From assembly GCA_029953675.1 (NCBI GenBank), contig JAMWBK010000001.1:434001-498000 (forward strand): DNA of 64,000 bases, in the 5' to 3' direction. The position numbers and the translations under genes are program-made. The DNA comes from Rhodosorus marinus CCMP1338. Taxonomy: Eukaryota > Plantae > Rhodophyta. Below the pieces are notes generated by a model. It ran no database searches and was not told the DNA's origin. It was given only the letters and a program-made list of their open reading frames with translations. Of the stretch, positions 50,254 to 62,102 are shown piece after piece; positions within the stretch are counted from its first letter, which is position 1; each line of letters begins with the position of its first letter.

Positions 50254-51750
50254 AACCTACCAAAATCCATTACCTCATCGCCTTTTTCACCTTCAAAAGG
50301 GAACAAAATAATTAATTTCTATACAAACACAATGAATTGTGTTCAAAGGGGAAAACATTACTTAAATTCCATTACCAAATACAATGAATTTATCACAATC
50401 CAACAAATACGTATTATATATCTATAAATATTCATTATTCATTATTTGAGCTGACACCCTTCAATTTTTACTGAACAGTTCAGATTTGCTCTTAAGCCCC
50501 TTCCTCCTACATTACCCCCCCTTCTAGTTTTGTAGGTTGAATTCGGCTAACCCGTCTAACGTTTATCTCTCCTAGGACATGATTGCTCTAATTTATACTG
50601 AAATTTACTCTGTGTTTGTTGGGGTTTAACCCCCCCCCCCCCTTTTTAATTGTGAATACAGGCGGTGTTGGGTGTAAATTCAGAAACGGTTCTACCCCTA
50701 TGGATTGGTGGTGGGGAATTTTGATGGAATGTAGTCATTGTGTGGAGGCGGTGGGTTGGGGAAGGTCGTTTTCCATGGTTGGTGGGGTTTGCTGGAGTAA
50801 GTGCTCATCCTGTTGAGTCGGGATGGTCCTTGTGTTCAGATGTGCAGTTCTTGGAACGGTTGAGAGTTCTGAGAGGATCTTGATACTGTTTCCGCGCATT
50901 CTTGACTGGGAAAGTTGGGGACCATCTTGGAAATCTCAGGCCGCTTTCTCGGCTCTGGCGGGTTCTTTGCTTCTTCGTGGCTATAAGCAACCGTGACTTG
51001 GTCGGTGAGAATAGATGTGCTCGAGCTATCGCGCGGTTTGTGGGATTATCCGCTTGGCACATTTTTGCGGACGAGCAACAATGGTCAACGATAAGTTTTG
51101 TGCCAATCGTCGCGCCCTTGTTCGAACGAGACGAACAAAGGAATAGGATGACGATTCCCAGGAGATTCCGCCACATCTTCTAGGAAACGCAGCATGTGGG
51201 TTGGGAACAAGTAAATGGGTACGGGATCTCGCACACACACACTACAAGAGCAGCTCAAGAGTATCCCTCGTGCAACCGCTCCTCCTTGGACCGCTCTGCT
51301 ACCCGTTTGAGGAATGATTCCCAACCGACGTACGCCTTGCATCGCTCTAAACAACGCTTCCCATCCCGAGCGCGGTCAAGAACATCTTGGCAATACAAAG
51401 AACACCCAAGGCCGGGCACTTTGGAAAAATCTCCTTGGGAAGTATATAAACGTCCAAATCAGAAACCTTAGGATCCTGTTCTATATTTTTTCCTTGCTCC
51501 AGAAGAAAGCATTCATGTCCTGGAAAATTCCGGCTGTCTTCGACGACCCCAGTCCTTCCCACCTGCCAACTCGATTCGTCCCAAAATGACGACGGTCGGT
51601 GCCTACCATCGAAATAGGTTCTCAAAAAGAATCGCATTCCTCAGTGTGAGGGAACGACTTGAGGAGTCGGCCATGTAGCTAAGGGCTTTGTTTTTCGACT
51701 GGTTTCTGCTCTAGAGAACTGCTTGGAATCTTGGTGAACATGCTGAATAG

Positions 51751-52909
51751 ATGGAACCCGAATCGAGGAAGGATGATGATGACAATCTACTTGGATGGGG
51801 GTTAGACCTAGAGGTCTCCGGGACGCGGGAGAAGCGGGTTGGAGAGTGGAAGAAGCCAGCTCCATCGTCAAATTCAGGAGGCCGTAGGACGAGGATTTCG
51901 AAGAAACAGTTCGGAAGCGGAGAGGATGGAGCCTGGGACAAGTTCTACGCTCAGAAAGGAATCAAGTTCTTCAAGGACAGGCACAATTTGAGAAAGTTCT
52001 TCCCGGAACTTTTGCCTGAGTACCAGCGGGATAATCCAGAGGAACATCATCCGAAGCTCAAACCTGATCCCGACGCATATGAAAATGGCTTAGATACGCC
52101 TCCTGCTGATGAGGTCCTGGCCGATAAGCTCCTCGTTGTGGAGGCCGGTTGCGGGGTGAGCACTGTTCCCGAAAAACCCTGGATTTTGGGCCCTTATCTT
52201 CTGGTGATGCTGAGCATGGAGCAGCTACTCCTTTCCCTCAAAATTTCGCTCTTCAGGTAGGAAACGCGTGCTTTCCACTACTGAGAGCAAACCCGGAGAT
52301 GTTCATGTTCAGTTTCGATTTCTCCAAAGTCGCCGTCGACTTCCTGCGTTCCAACGCAGAGTATGATCCAACTCGAGTCTTTGCGTTTGTGGGAGACCTT
52401 ACCAAGGAATCTGATATCACCAGTATTGTTGGTAGAGGAAAAGCTTCTTTCGTAACGATGATATGGGTGCTCTCTGCGCTCACTCCCGAGTCAATGCCAG
52501 CCGCTGTTCTGGAGGCCAATGCACTTTTGAAGAAAGGAGGTAGTGTTCTGCTGCGCGATTACGCTGTTGGTGATCTTGCGCAGATTCGCAAGTGCGGATA
52601 TACGACTCCTGTAAGCTGGCGAACCTCCACATGTCCTCGCTTAAAATGATGTAGCATCTCATGCGATGAGCTTTTTTTGCTTCTCTTGTTTGTTGCCCTT
52701 TTCAACAGGTTGCGCCAGGTTTACTGAGACGGGGAGACGGCACCATTGCGTACTTCTTCGATATCGATGGACTGAAACACCTTTTTGAGTCCAACGGGTT
52801 CAAGACGGAGTACATACACTACGTCGATCGTCAACTGGAAAACCGAAAGAGAGAGATCCAAATGTACAGACGCTGGATCCAGGCAAAGTTTGAAAAAATT
52901 GTGGAATAA
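51751..52909 (+). CDS. METTL6: tRNA m3C methyltransferase, METTL6/METTL2 (Trm140)-like, 3 exons
   Basis: AWDKFYAQKGIKFFKDRHNLRKFFPEL, VEAGCG|VGNACFPLL, SFDFSKVAV, FVGDLT, MIWVLSAL, GGSVLLRDYAVGDLAQIR, RGDGTIAYFF, NRKREIQMYRRWIQAKF; METTL6 versus METTL2 not resolved. Confidence 0.88.
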
Positions 52910-54668
52910 ACCGCCAAGGCAATAGCTGTTCTTTCCAAGTATGCTGAGTTTGAATCTCTCTCGAAAGCTCCCTGTGAGTGTCAGGAACTATCACGAGGTC
53001 CAAGCGTAGAACAGCAAATGCTAGCTCATGCCATAGGTGATACAAGAACAACCCTCCTGATTCTTGGTCTTCTGCAGAAGGAACCGCGGTGCCCAAGAAG
53101 CGACCTGTTGCGGCCTTGGTTGCGTTCCTTCCACTGTATATAGTCCCCGTCCAGGTCGCATTAGTACTCCTAGTGGAAGGGTGTGAGCAGCGTCACACAC
53201 CGCGTTTGAGGATTTTCAAACACATTATTGGTATCCTCAAAAGTGGCAGGCTTGGCCAAGTTGGTCGGCAGTCTTGTTGAGCTACTGAACGCAGTAAGAG
53301 CTTCATCACCAGGGTCCAGAAAGAGTTGTCCGTATAAGACATATTGAGCTCTACTTATTTTAGTCCTTGTGTACTCCTAGGGTTAACGCGGGGTCAACAT
53401 GAATTGCTCCTGTAGAGATGGAACAGTGATGAGGTCGCTCAGGCTGAGAAAAAGAAATGCTTTGAAAGGCGAGATGTTGGAGGACGAATGGGTTTTGAGT
53501 ATCTTGCTCAAGGCGGTGAGTCGCGGAGTGCACAAGAGGAGACGTAGCTTCTTACACGCCAGGCTGCACCAACTGGGTTTGTCCACCATTCTAAAACTGT
53601 CCACTGTCGAAAAGAAGATAGGCACGTTCTATTTCCAGAAAGAGGCCTTTTTTAAACCCCTGAAGTGCTCGCATAGGATACGATCCGGTTGGGTTCCAGT
53701 CAAGGGAAAATTTGCGTCTACGCCCGAACAAATCGACAGCTTCAGCACGTCAGGAAAGCTTTGCAGGTCTTGCCAAGCGAGAGAATGACGTAATTAGAGT
53801 ATGTAACACAGACGGTAGACCATCGGGCCGTACAAAGCCTACGGAAGACCTCGTACGTTTGTACTAGTATGTACAAACAAGTGTTGAGAACCATGCGACA
53901 AAACGCTATAAGTCAAGCAGACATAAAGTTTCTATGTCCAAGATGGACATAGCAAGTCTATGAAATTGAAATATCAAGTATGGCATGGATGCCTTTCGCC
54001 TAACAGGGTGTCACGCAGCGCGTGAGCTCCCGAGAGAGAGCGTCCGACCTTCTACGCCTCTGCCCTAGCGCTCTTCACCTTCAGGTCGACTGATCCATAC
54101 GAAAGCAGCCCCTCCAGAGAACAAGCTGAAGGCGCAGACGACGCAGTCAGTATCATACCCAGTACTAGACCGTGGCTGGTGAGAGGAGACTAGCGCACAA
54201 GCTCTACGTACTCTATCTGTGCCGCTCTCTCTCTGCTCAAACCGTGAGCACTACTATCCACAATCCCCTTTTCTGACCAACGCCAGTCCCACTGCTGGCC
54301 CCATCGCGCCGTTTCAGAACCGAGCGAATTGGAGAGCTCCCTGTTGAAGTACAAGAGTAGCTACTACAGCTTCTCAAGATCTTCAACCAGCTGCTGCTTC
54401 TGGCAAAAATGAGACTTTCACTCGTGTTAAGGACTTGAAACGAGAACGGGGTTCCTCCTAAGCAAAATGGGCTCAAACGATTCGAAATTCGATGGTTTGG
54501 ATTTTGTTGAAGTTGTTGAGGTTGGTGCCAGAATTTTTTATGGACTTGGATTGGATTTCTGTTTTGGGGTATTTCTGTTGAGTTCGGAATGGAGCTGGGA
54601 GGATGAACTGGAGATAGTCTTATTTTGGGGATTCCATTGGATTGGAAACGGATTTGACACTGAAAAGC

Positions 54669-56144
54669 ATGGCTGAGAGTGTGGAAAGGAGGAAAAGAAA
54701 TCGACAGAAACGACTGATTGAGCAGTTGATTGTGTCGACGACGCAGAAGTATGAGAAGGCGAAGGCCGAGGAAGAGCGATTGCAGGTGAAGAGGCGGGAG
54801 CTGGCTGAGGTGGAGGCGAAAGCGATGCAGGCCCTAATTGCCATTGAGTCGGGTGAAAATGCTGCAACGAATAGTGAGAGAATTAGGAGGCGGAAATATC
54901 GGAGAGATCGAATCTCATCGATGCGACCGCACCTCACTGAGGAGGAGCTTAACATGATCCATGAGTTGAAGGGCTCACTTACTCAGAAAGAGATTGCCGA
55001 TAAGATTGGTACAAGCCAGGCAACTGTGAGCTATCATATCAACGAGAAGGAGAAGCGAAGGAGCGTCCCCCAGGGAGCGCCTCTGAAGATTACGCCTGCG
55101 ATGGAGTACGCTCTGTGTAGGTTCAATTTTCTCCTCAGGAAGGTCGCCCTTAAGGACTGCTCAGCTTTCCTGAAACTGGCTTTCAAGCTGGAAGTGTCCA
55201 AGAGAACGATAGAGAGGCACAATAAGAAATGTGGGTTCAGGATTGCGGACTTTATGGAGTTCCACCCTGACCGGAACAGGACAGAGACTCTGGACAGCCG
55301 AAAAGCTTACGCTCAGATAGTACCTTCTAATTACGGGCCCAATGCCCTTTTTGATGCAGTCTACATGGATGAGATGGGCCTGACCTTTGAACCGTCACGG
55401 AAAGCATGGTCCCTTTGTCACTGGGTCCCGGACGTGGTGGATTCGTTTGAAAGCTGCTCGGCAGCCAGCCACTTAACTCTCTTAGTGGCCATTTCGCCAG
55501 CCCTGGGCCTCGTCAACTATGAAATCGTGAGGGGCTCTGTGGACAGCGAAGGGGTGCTGTCTTTCATCGAGAACACTGTTGCCAACTTGAACACCTTGAC
55601 GGGTAATGACCGCAGCTCCAAGCGACTGCTGATTCTGGACGATGCCGGCCCGCACAAACAGGCCGCCATTTCCTCCTACTTCGAGAACGAGCCAGTTTCT
55701 TCCACCTTGCGACCAACCTACTTGCCCCCTCACTCGCCATTCCTCAACCCGTGCGAGGAGATCTTCGGATTGATCGCCACGAACCTGTGGAGGGAAGAAT
55801 TTCAGTCCCTTCTGAAGGGCCACAATATCGACTCTATGACCAAGACTCTCGCTGACCAGTGCGCCAACCTGTCCAAGGAGCTCATCGTCACCTGCTATGA
55901 GCATATGACATCGTTTCTCAAGGCCTGCGCTGCGGGGCAGATGATTTTCACCAGGGACGTCTACGAAGCATACGCGGAAGGCGATGAGTACCAGAAAATG
56001 GCAGATAGCGAAGAGGTGGACATGCTCCTCAACAGCTACCTCCCACAGTTCTACGAGGAGTTCACTCCAGATAACAATAGTACAATTGAGGAGAAGTTTG
56101 GAGTGCCTCGTCTGACCAAGGACTCTTTGGAGTCCTTCAAGTAG
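54669..56144 (+). mobile_element. IS630/Tc1-mariner superfamily DDE transposase (DD38E), intact intronless ORF, no TIRs found
   Basis: HTH LTQKEIADKIGTSQATVSYHI, second HTH LEVSKRTIERHNKKCGF; catalytic motifs VYMDEMG, LILDDAGPH and YLPPHSPFLNPCE (38 residues between the second D and E); extra N-terminal coiled coil and acidic C-terminal tail. Confidence 0.9.
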
Positions 56145-56177
56145 GCCAACGAATTCGTATGCTGAGGCACCAAAAAC

Positions 56178-56462
56178 ACTTGTGCAACCCCGCCAAGTTC
56201 CAAATGAGATAGCCACTATATTTTTCATATTTATACAGCTCATGTACTTGCGTAAATGATTCTGTGTGTTCAGTAAAAAATTCTGACAATTTTCCCGACC
56301 CGTATCCTTCCCTTCACCACGGGCAGACTTGTGCAACCCAGCCAAGTTCCAAAACAGATAGCCCCTACATTTTTCATGTTTATACGGCTCATGTACTTGT
56401 GTAATAATTCTGTATGTTCAGTAACAATTCTGACAATTTTTCCGACCCGTATCCATCCCTTC
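56178..56462. repeat. Imperfect tandem duplication, two ~137-bp copies with 149-bp period, directly 3' of the transposase
   Basis: acttgtgcaacc...gccaagttccaaa...gctcatgtacttg...gttcagtaa...ttctgacaatttt...ccgacccgtatcc.tcccttc at 56178-56315 and 56327-56462, with scattered substitutions. Confidence 0.93.
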
Positions 56463-56800
56463 GCTTCTTTAAAGGTTACAGGCTTGCTCTAGGTGTGGAT
56501 CGAGTCTTGGGCGTCTTTCGGATCGATTCACAGGCTTAACCATCCCCGAGTCCACCGGTTTGATGACGGTCTGAAACCAATCAGGTAGTATATTGCCTTG
56601 GCGCAAGCACATTGCCAAGAAGAGAAGGCAACCTTCGAAGCACGAGCTGAGTGCGAGGATCGCGCGTCCACGAGGAAGACATTACTAGGCCGTCGCAGGT
56701 CAGCGGTGACGAGCGGCAAGTAGCTCTGTCTACACTAGGAGCCGTTTTCTCCCGCTCGGGTTGTGAACGACGGGCCTAAAGAGCTTCTCTCTGCATCGAG

Positions 56801-58666
56801 TCAGTCTTTGCCGGTGTTATCCTTGCGTTTCACTGGCGAGCGAGAGCTCCCTCTCGACCTAGAAGAGTAGCTACTATAGCTCCTTGAGCTTCTGGAGTAA
56901 CTGCTTCTCCTAGAGCGCCTCGAACGCGACGAGCTGTATGACGATCTTGAGTAGGATCTGGAACGGGAGCTGGAACGGGACCTTGAGCGAGAGAAAGATC
57001 TTGATACGGATCTTGAACGACCTCCGCGGCGTCGATCTGAGTATCGCCCTCCTCCGTAAGGGCTACGCCTCCTAAATGGCAAGCCCCTTCTGCCCCTCTG
57101 GAAACGGTTGAACCTTCCCCTAGGTGGTCGACCTGGACTGCGCCGGCCCCGCATAATGGGTCCTCGTCGAGGTCCACCCGGGCTACCGGGAGAGCGATCC
57201 TGAAGCGCACTTCTCCTCTTTCTGTCCTCAGCTTCTGAGACTGGGTTATCTCTAGAGAGAGAACGGTTAGGACTCTTTGCAACCCTCACAGATTCTCCTT
57301 CGACGCCCTCCTTCTTGCTTCCGGCACCTCCTGGACTAGATGCTTCCTTGGTTGTGTCTTTTTTCACGGGATCCTCACCGTGCTCTGCCTCAGGCTCAAG
57401 TTTCCCGGGAGTTTTCGCATCTGTTTCATCCTTCACAGCTCCTTCCACGTCACCGTCGGTCTTTGATAGTCTCGACCGCTTCGCTTCAGGAGATCCTACT
57501 TGCTCCACAGACTCCTTTCCAGCATCGTTCCTTGACTTATTGAGCTGCTCGTCAGACTGATCCTGCTTACCCGACTCCTTCCTTCCCGCCTTAGCATCAC
57601 CCTTCCTACTTTCTGATTCCTTATCTTCAACTTTTTCGTCCCTGCTTTCACTCTCCGACCTTCGCCTACCATGGCGAGGTTGCGGGCTCCTTCTCCGTTT
57701 TGCCGAGCCTCGATAATCTCCCATAGGGCTGCGACGATCATAGCCTCGGCCTCGATCGTAGCCACGATCACGGTCTCCTCGTCCTCGACCATCGTTAAGC
57801 CCTTTGCGATGGCTTCTATCATCTTCAATCCGTCTATGAGCTCGACCATGTCGCCCTTCCGATGGTCTATCCCGTTCTTTTTCAACGCGGTCACTCGGGC
57901 TTGGAGATCTCCGGTGGCGGCTTTCACGTTTAGGAAGATCCTCCGGAATACTCTTAACCCTGGGTTCGACTTGGGGGGGAGGTGGCGGCGGTTTCTTCTC
58001 CAGCTTCGTTGGTTGTTTCCGATCTCCGCTATCGTCAGATAGTGATGAAGACTTCGATGCGGACGGCGACGAAGCAGATGATGACGATGACGCTGACGAG
58101 GCCGAGGACGAGGACGAGGAGGACGACTCACTTGGGACTTTGTTCTCCTTCTCGATCTTTCCGCTGTCTTGCTTTCTATCACTTTGTGCTCGACTACCAC
58201 CCTCCAACCCGTCGTCATCCGGTTTCCCACGCTTCCTGTCCCTTCTCAGAAAGTCCCCCTCTTTGTAGTCCTCATCCACCCGTAACGCACGGCGCAACCT
58301 CTTCGATTCACCCTCCTTCCGGTGAGCTCTCATATGTCGATCAGATTCCCTAAAAGTTTCTTTTCTGTTGGACTCCCTGTCAAGATCCTCCTCGAGTCTT
58401 TTCCTCAAATCTTTCAACCGAAATTCAATCCGAGTCGGCGAGAAACCCTTCCCCACCATTTCCTCCTCAAATTCCGCAACCTGGACTTCTATCCTCCGCC
58501 GTTTCTCATGCTCCAAAATCTCGGCATTCGCTTTCCTAGGCCCCGTTCCCTCCCTCCGGCCTCCTTCCGGCCTCCTCACCGCCTTCCTTACCGACGCATA
58601 ATTCTTCTGGACATACCCACTCGTCCCCGTACCACGAGGGGTCTCAAGTCCGATACCATTATACAT
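56801..58666 (-). CDS. CWC21: Pre-mRNA splicing factor Cwc21/SRRM2-like (cwf21 domain plus RS-rich C-terminus), single exon, 621 aa
   Basis: MYNGIGLETPRGTGTSGYVQKN (hallmark N-terminus), ILEHEKRRRIEVQVAEFEEEM, terminal RS/SR dipeptide region. Confidence 0.93.
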   Translation of the reverse strand: MYNGIGLETPRGTGTSGYVQKNYASVRKAVRRPEGGRREGTGPRKANAEILEHEKRRRIEVQVAEFEEEMVGKGFSPTRIEFRLKDLRKRLEEDLDRESNRKETFRESDRHMRAHRKEGESKRLRRALRVDEDYKEGDFLRRDRKRGKPDDDGLEGGSRAQSDRKQDSGKIEKENKVPSESSSSSSSSASSASSSSSASSPSASKSSSLSDDSGDRKQPTKLEKKPPPPPPQVEPRVKSIPEDLPKRESRHRRSPSPSDRVEKERDRPSEGRHGRAHRRIEDDRSHRKGLNDGRGRGDRDRGYDRGRGYDRRSPMGDYRGSAKRRRSPQPRHGRRRSESESRDEKVEDKESESRKGDAKAGRKESGKQDQSDEQLNKSRNDAGKESVEQVGSPEAKRSRLSKTDGDVEGAVKDETDAKTPGKLEPEAEHGEDPVKKDTTKEASSPGGAGSKKEGVEGESVRVAKSPNRSLSRDNPVSEAEDRKRRSALQDRSPGSPGGPRRGPIMRGRRSPGRPPRGRFNRFQRGRRGLPFRRRSPYGGGRYSDRRRGGRSRSVSRSFSRSRSRSSSRSRSYSRSSYSSSRSRRSRRSSYSRSSRSYSSYSSRSRGSSRSPVKRKDNTGKD

Positions 58667-58870
58667 TTTCTACCTATTTACCTCCAATATTCAATATTAT
58701 TCCGTCCATTTAAAACCACAACCAACTCCTCAAACCCTTCAAGTCCTCCCTCTTCCCTCCTCTCCCAAAACCAAACCCCATTTGTACTCCACCGCAAAAA
58801 GACAGCTTCATCTACCACAACCCTAAATGATTGTATATCAATCAATATTGAATATCTTATCACAATCGTA

Positions 58871-59285
58871 TTAGCGTCACCATTAGCGGGATCCCTTCCG
58901 TTCCGGAAAAACAAGCAGAAATGTGCTTCCTGCGTTCAGGGGAGGTGACAGTTATAGCGAACGGGTCTTCGCTCTGCGTGGATTTTTATTTTGGCGTATT
59001 TCGGCCTTCTAGTTGTTTTAGCGTCACCAAATGCAGGCCTTCTTAGGCTTTCTTGGCGTTGAAAAAAAACCTGAGAAAGCACAAGTTTCGCCGTATTGGG
59101 TGACAGGGATAGGTGATAGTTATATACCTATACCAATTGTGGGTTCTTTCGTGGATCTATTTTTTTTACTGTTCGCGCGGATTGGTCTCTGCGGATGTTT
59201 TAGCGTCACCATAAAAAAGTCCTCCAGAGTGGGAAACTTCTTGTAAACTTTACTATTTTCCTTGGAAACCTAGGTGACATGTATT
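58871..59285. repeat. Degenerate tandem repeat (about 150-180 bp units) marked by TTAGCGTCACCA x3
   Basis: ttagcgtcacca at 58871, 59018 and 59200; each unit also carries an aggtga(c/t)a motif, and the first two a gtggat followed by a T-tract. Confidence 0.7.
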
Positions 59286-60876
59286 TCCAATGTAACCTTG
59301 TCGCCAATTCTCTGTGTTATTCGGGATCCGCCATCACGGGTCCAGGGGCATTGCCTTAATTGCCCCATTACGGGCTGACCGGTGCAGTTTTTAACGGTTT
59401 TAATGCTTCATCGGCCCTAGCGACAAGCCATATCGGCGATTTCGCAAAGATCCTGATTCCTCAATGTTCACTGCATTGCTTGCCATGGGGGTTTTGGTTG
59501 GTTGTGCAGATGGAAGGAGAGGAGCTCGTATGAGTGCCCATGGTTGCTTCTCAAGTGAAACCTGTCTCCAGCAGTCGTTGTACCTCTTCGTCTCTCTGTT
59601 AAAGGTAGAGGTCTTGTTTTCCTTTCTTTTCCCACACGGGGAACGCCTGACCCCTCCCTCAAACGGCTTTTCAGTTGGTTCTAGCAATTCTTCCTTGCCA
59701 TCAAAGGTTACAGCCTGTGAGAGCACCGGCATCGAAGTTACCGTCAAGATCAAGGTCAGTTGAGAGAGTGAGGTGGACACGAACCTGCTCGCTTCACGGC
59801 GGAGCCTGGTGAAAAGGGGCTGGTTCTCGAGCAGGTCCATCTCTACAATGAATTTAAGTTGAATAATTCATTTTTCAATGAGGCACTCAATGTATCTTCA
59901 TGATACGAATAAGCTTCGATATGTCGTATTATAGCCCTATTAATATATCATGGAGCATGTGGCAGCTTTTTCATGAATATAAAATATAAATTCAGCGTAG
60001 GGCATGCCCTATTTGCGCTCGTGCCTAATGTGCCCCAAAATCAAACGTAGCCCATCTAAAATTTATCATTATCGTTTTGGGGCATGCCTCAATGGCCAGG
60101 GCCCTCCTCATGCATATTTTCTTTAGAATCGGAGGTGACAGTGAAAAACAACATTTTTCTACCCGGGGCTCCTAAATCAACCACATCCAATGAAAGATAC
60201 TTTAATCTAATATTTTTAGAACACTACCTTCTTTTCCATAGTTGTTTCGACAACCCCTATTCAGGAATAGAAGAAATACATTGTTTAGTACCTCGTACTA
60301 TCTCCAACAAACGTACGAGAGTAGGCACCACATGCAAAAGAAATAAGAAAAACTGATAAATGAAAAATCGAACCAATGAAAGTGCAGAATGTTTTTATAC
60401 TTGATTTTTATTCGCAAACGAAGGATATGGGAAAATGGCGTCGTTTGGATTGGTTTTTCGAACTCTATTGTTGTTTTCTTTGGTATTTCAAAGGAGGATG
60501 GTCCCGACGGTGATGAAATGCCTTTATCGATTCCTGCTGAACCGTTTTGGGGTGGGGGGGTGGATGGATGGGATTGGGGGGTTGGGGGTGAAGGGGAGGG
60601 TGGGGGCTGTTGGAAGTGGGTTTGAGGTGTATAGGGTTGAAAGGCGGACAAGAATAGTATAAAAGTATAAGTGAGAACTTTTTTTAATGTTTTGAGGAAG
60701 GGTGTGGAAAGGTAGCTTCGTGAGCGGGGTTGTGTTTTGGAATTGTAGCAGGCGTTGGAAGAGTGTGAGTGGAGGAGTGGGGAAGAGGAGTCTGAGTACT
60801 TAGGATTCAGTGAGAGGTGAGAGGCGTGAGGCGTGCAATTAGTGGATAGGGTCGCTGGGTAAAGGGTGGAGGAGAG

Positions 60877-61380
60877 ATGGGGGAGAACGGGTTCGGGGTT
60901 CGTCTGATGGCGAAGATGGGATGGAAGGAGGGAATGGGTTTGGGTGTTGCCGGTGAAGGCATAAAGACTGCATTGAAAGTTAAGAAGAAGGAGGACAAAC
61001 TTGGATTGGGAGCAGTCAAGAAGTCAGAATGGGGCGACAACTGGTGGGAAAGGGCCTTTGAAGACGCTGTGAAAAAGAACGCGGAGGAGCAGAAAGATGA
61101 CCTGGTCTCATCTGGTAGCAGCAGCTCTGGAAGCGAAGACGACAATACGCTCTCCGAAAAACTCCTGGTAGCTTGCGGTGGAAGAAGATGCCGTGCGTTC
61201 GGAAAGAACAAGCTCATGCGTGTCGCAAAGCAGGAGAGCCAGTTGGTGGTCCTTGAGAATCAGCAGAAGTCGGAATTAAAGAAGGACGTCATCAGCAAGA
61301 AGAGGCTCAAGAAGCAGAAGAAGAAGTCATCGAAGAAAAAGGCAGGAAAAACTGTCGCAAAGGAAGCGACCAAGGTGTAA
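60877..61380 (+). CDS. G-patch protein, GPATCH4/Tma23-like (ribosome biogenesis)
   Basis: G-patch FGVRLMAKMGWKEGMGLGVAGEGIKTAL...GLG followed by DNWWERAF and a Lys-rich tail. Confidence 0.85.
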   Translation: MGENGFGVRLMAKMGWKEGMGLGVAGEGIKTALKVKKKEDKLGLGAVKKSEWGDNWWERAFEDAVKKNAEEQKDDLVSSGSSSSGSEDDNTLSEKLLVACGGRRCRAFGKNKLMRVAKQESQLVVLENQQKSELKKDVISKKRLKKQKKKSSKKKAGKTVAKEATKV

Positions 61381-61643
61381 TTTCTAGTAATCCAAAGCAG
61401 AAGACGGCTGCCAGTGTACCTCCACCTACTCCGTATACCCCAGCTGCAGCATGAATTACGGTTTTCTCACTTTCCTGTAACAGTTTGTTCTCACCTCATG
61501 CTGATTTCCTGGAAGCAGCTCGCTGGCAAGCTGTATGCTTTGCTTCTCTATAATTTTATTTATAGTTGAGCACAGTGCGTGCGGCTATACACTAACATCA
61601 AACGATAAAAAACATGTAACCGAACAACTATCGACTCACCAAA

Positions 61644-62102
61644 TCAACTAGAATGTCCGTCAGCTGCCACCCACTCCGCAAACACTTTGCCCTGCTTTTT
61701 CACAATTTCGCGCTTCCCGTCTGCTGTGACAATTTTTCCATCGCGGCCCATAACGACCAGTGCAGGAACGCTGTCGATTTCCAATCGCTTCAGCAATTCG
61801 TCGGACCCATCTGCATCAAAAGGCACAGCGTACCAATCCGGTTGCTCTTCCTCAAAGTACTTTCGCATCTCCTCCTTGTCCGTATCAGAGCTCACAAATA
61901 CAACCTCCACCGGCAGCTTGACCTTCTTCACCTCATCCAAGTACAGGTTCCTCAGAAGCGGTGTCAGAACCTTACAAGGAGGACACCACTTAGCAGAGAA
62001 ATACAGAACAACCACCTTATCATAAAGAACCTCCTCAGCCTTCACATAGCTCCCATCCGAAGCCTCCAACTCGTTCCCAACAACATCCTCCCACCACTTC
62101 AT
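61644..62102 (-). CDS. Nucleoredoxin/tryparedoxin-like thioredoxin, single domain
   Basis: VVVLYFSAKWCPPCKVLTPLL (WCPPC active site), VEVVFVSSD, WYAVPF, VPALVVMGRDGKIVTADG. Confidence 0.92.
   Translation of the reverse strand: MKWWEDVVGNELEASDGSYVKAEEVLYDKVVVLYFSAKWCPPCKVLTPLLRNLYLDEVKKVKLPVEVVFVSSDTDKEEMRKYFEEEQPDWYAVPFDADGSDELLKRLEIDSVPALVVMGRDGKIVTADGKREIVKKQGKVFAEWVAADGHSS

Noticed and set aside
50805-51674. Possible minus-strand multi-exon gene (segments MADSSSRSLTLRNAILFENLF and GCSLYCQDVLDRARDGKRCLERCKAYVGWESF)
   Set aside because: The segments look coding but frames conflict and no homology is recognisable; needs RNA-seq.
52900-54480. Possible minus-strand gene(s) between METTL6 and the transposase
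   Set aside because: Several alternative short frames; one model needs a 27-nt intron, much shorter than others here; no recognisable domain.
56144-56800. TnpB/Fanzor or other RNA-guided nuclease next to the IS630/Tc1 transposase
   Set aside because: No RuvC or zinc-finger motifs in any frame downstream; the next ORF is host Cwc21.
55482-58601. Long antisense ORFs (e.g. 55482-56345, 57496-58230, 57671-58042, 57982-58353)
   Set aside because: Shadow frames of the transposase and the low-complexity Cwc21 CDS.
59346-60085. Putative MITE/PIF element bounded by GGGGCA...TGCCCC motifs and containing the 146-aa ORF 59400-59840
   Set aside because: Terminal matches are only 6-10 bp, there is no clear target-site duplication, and the ORF has no recognisable motif.
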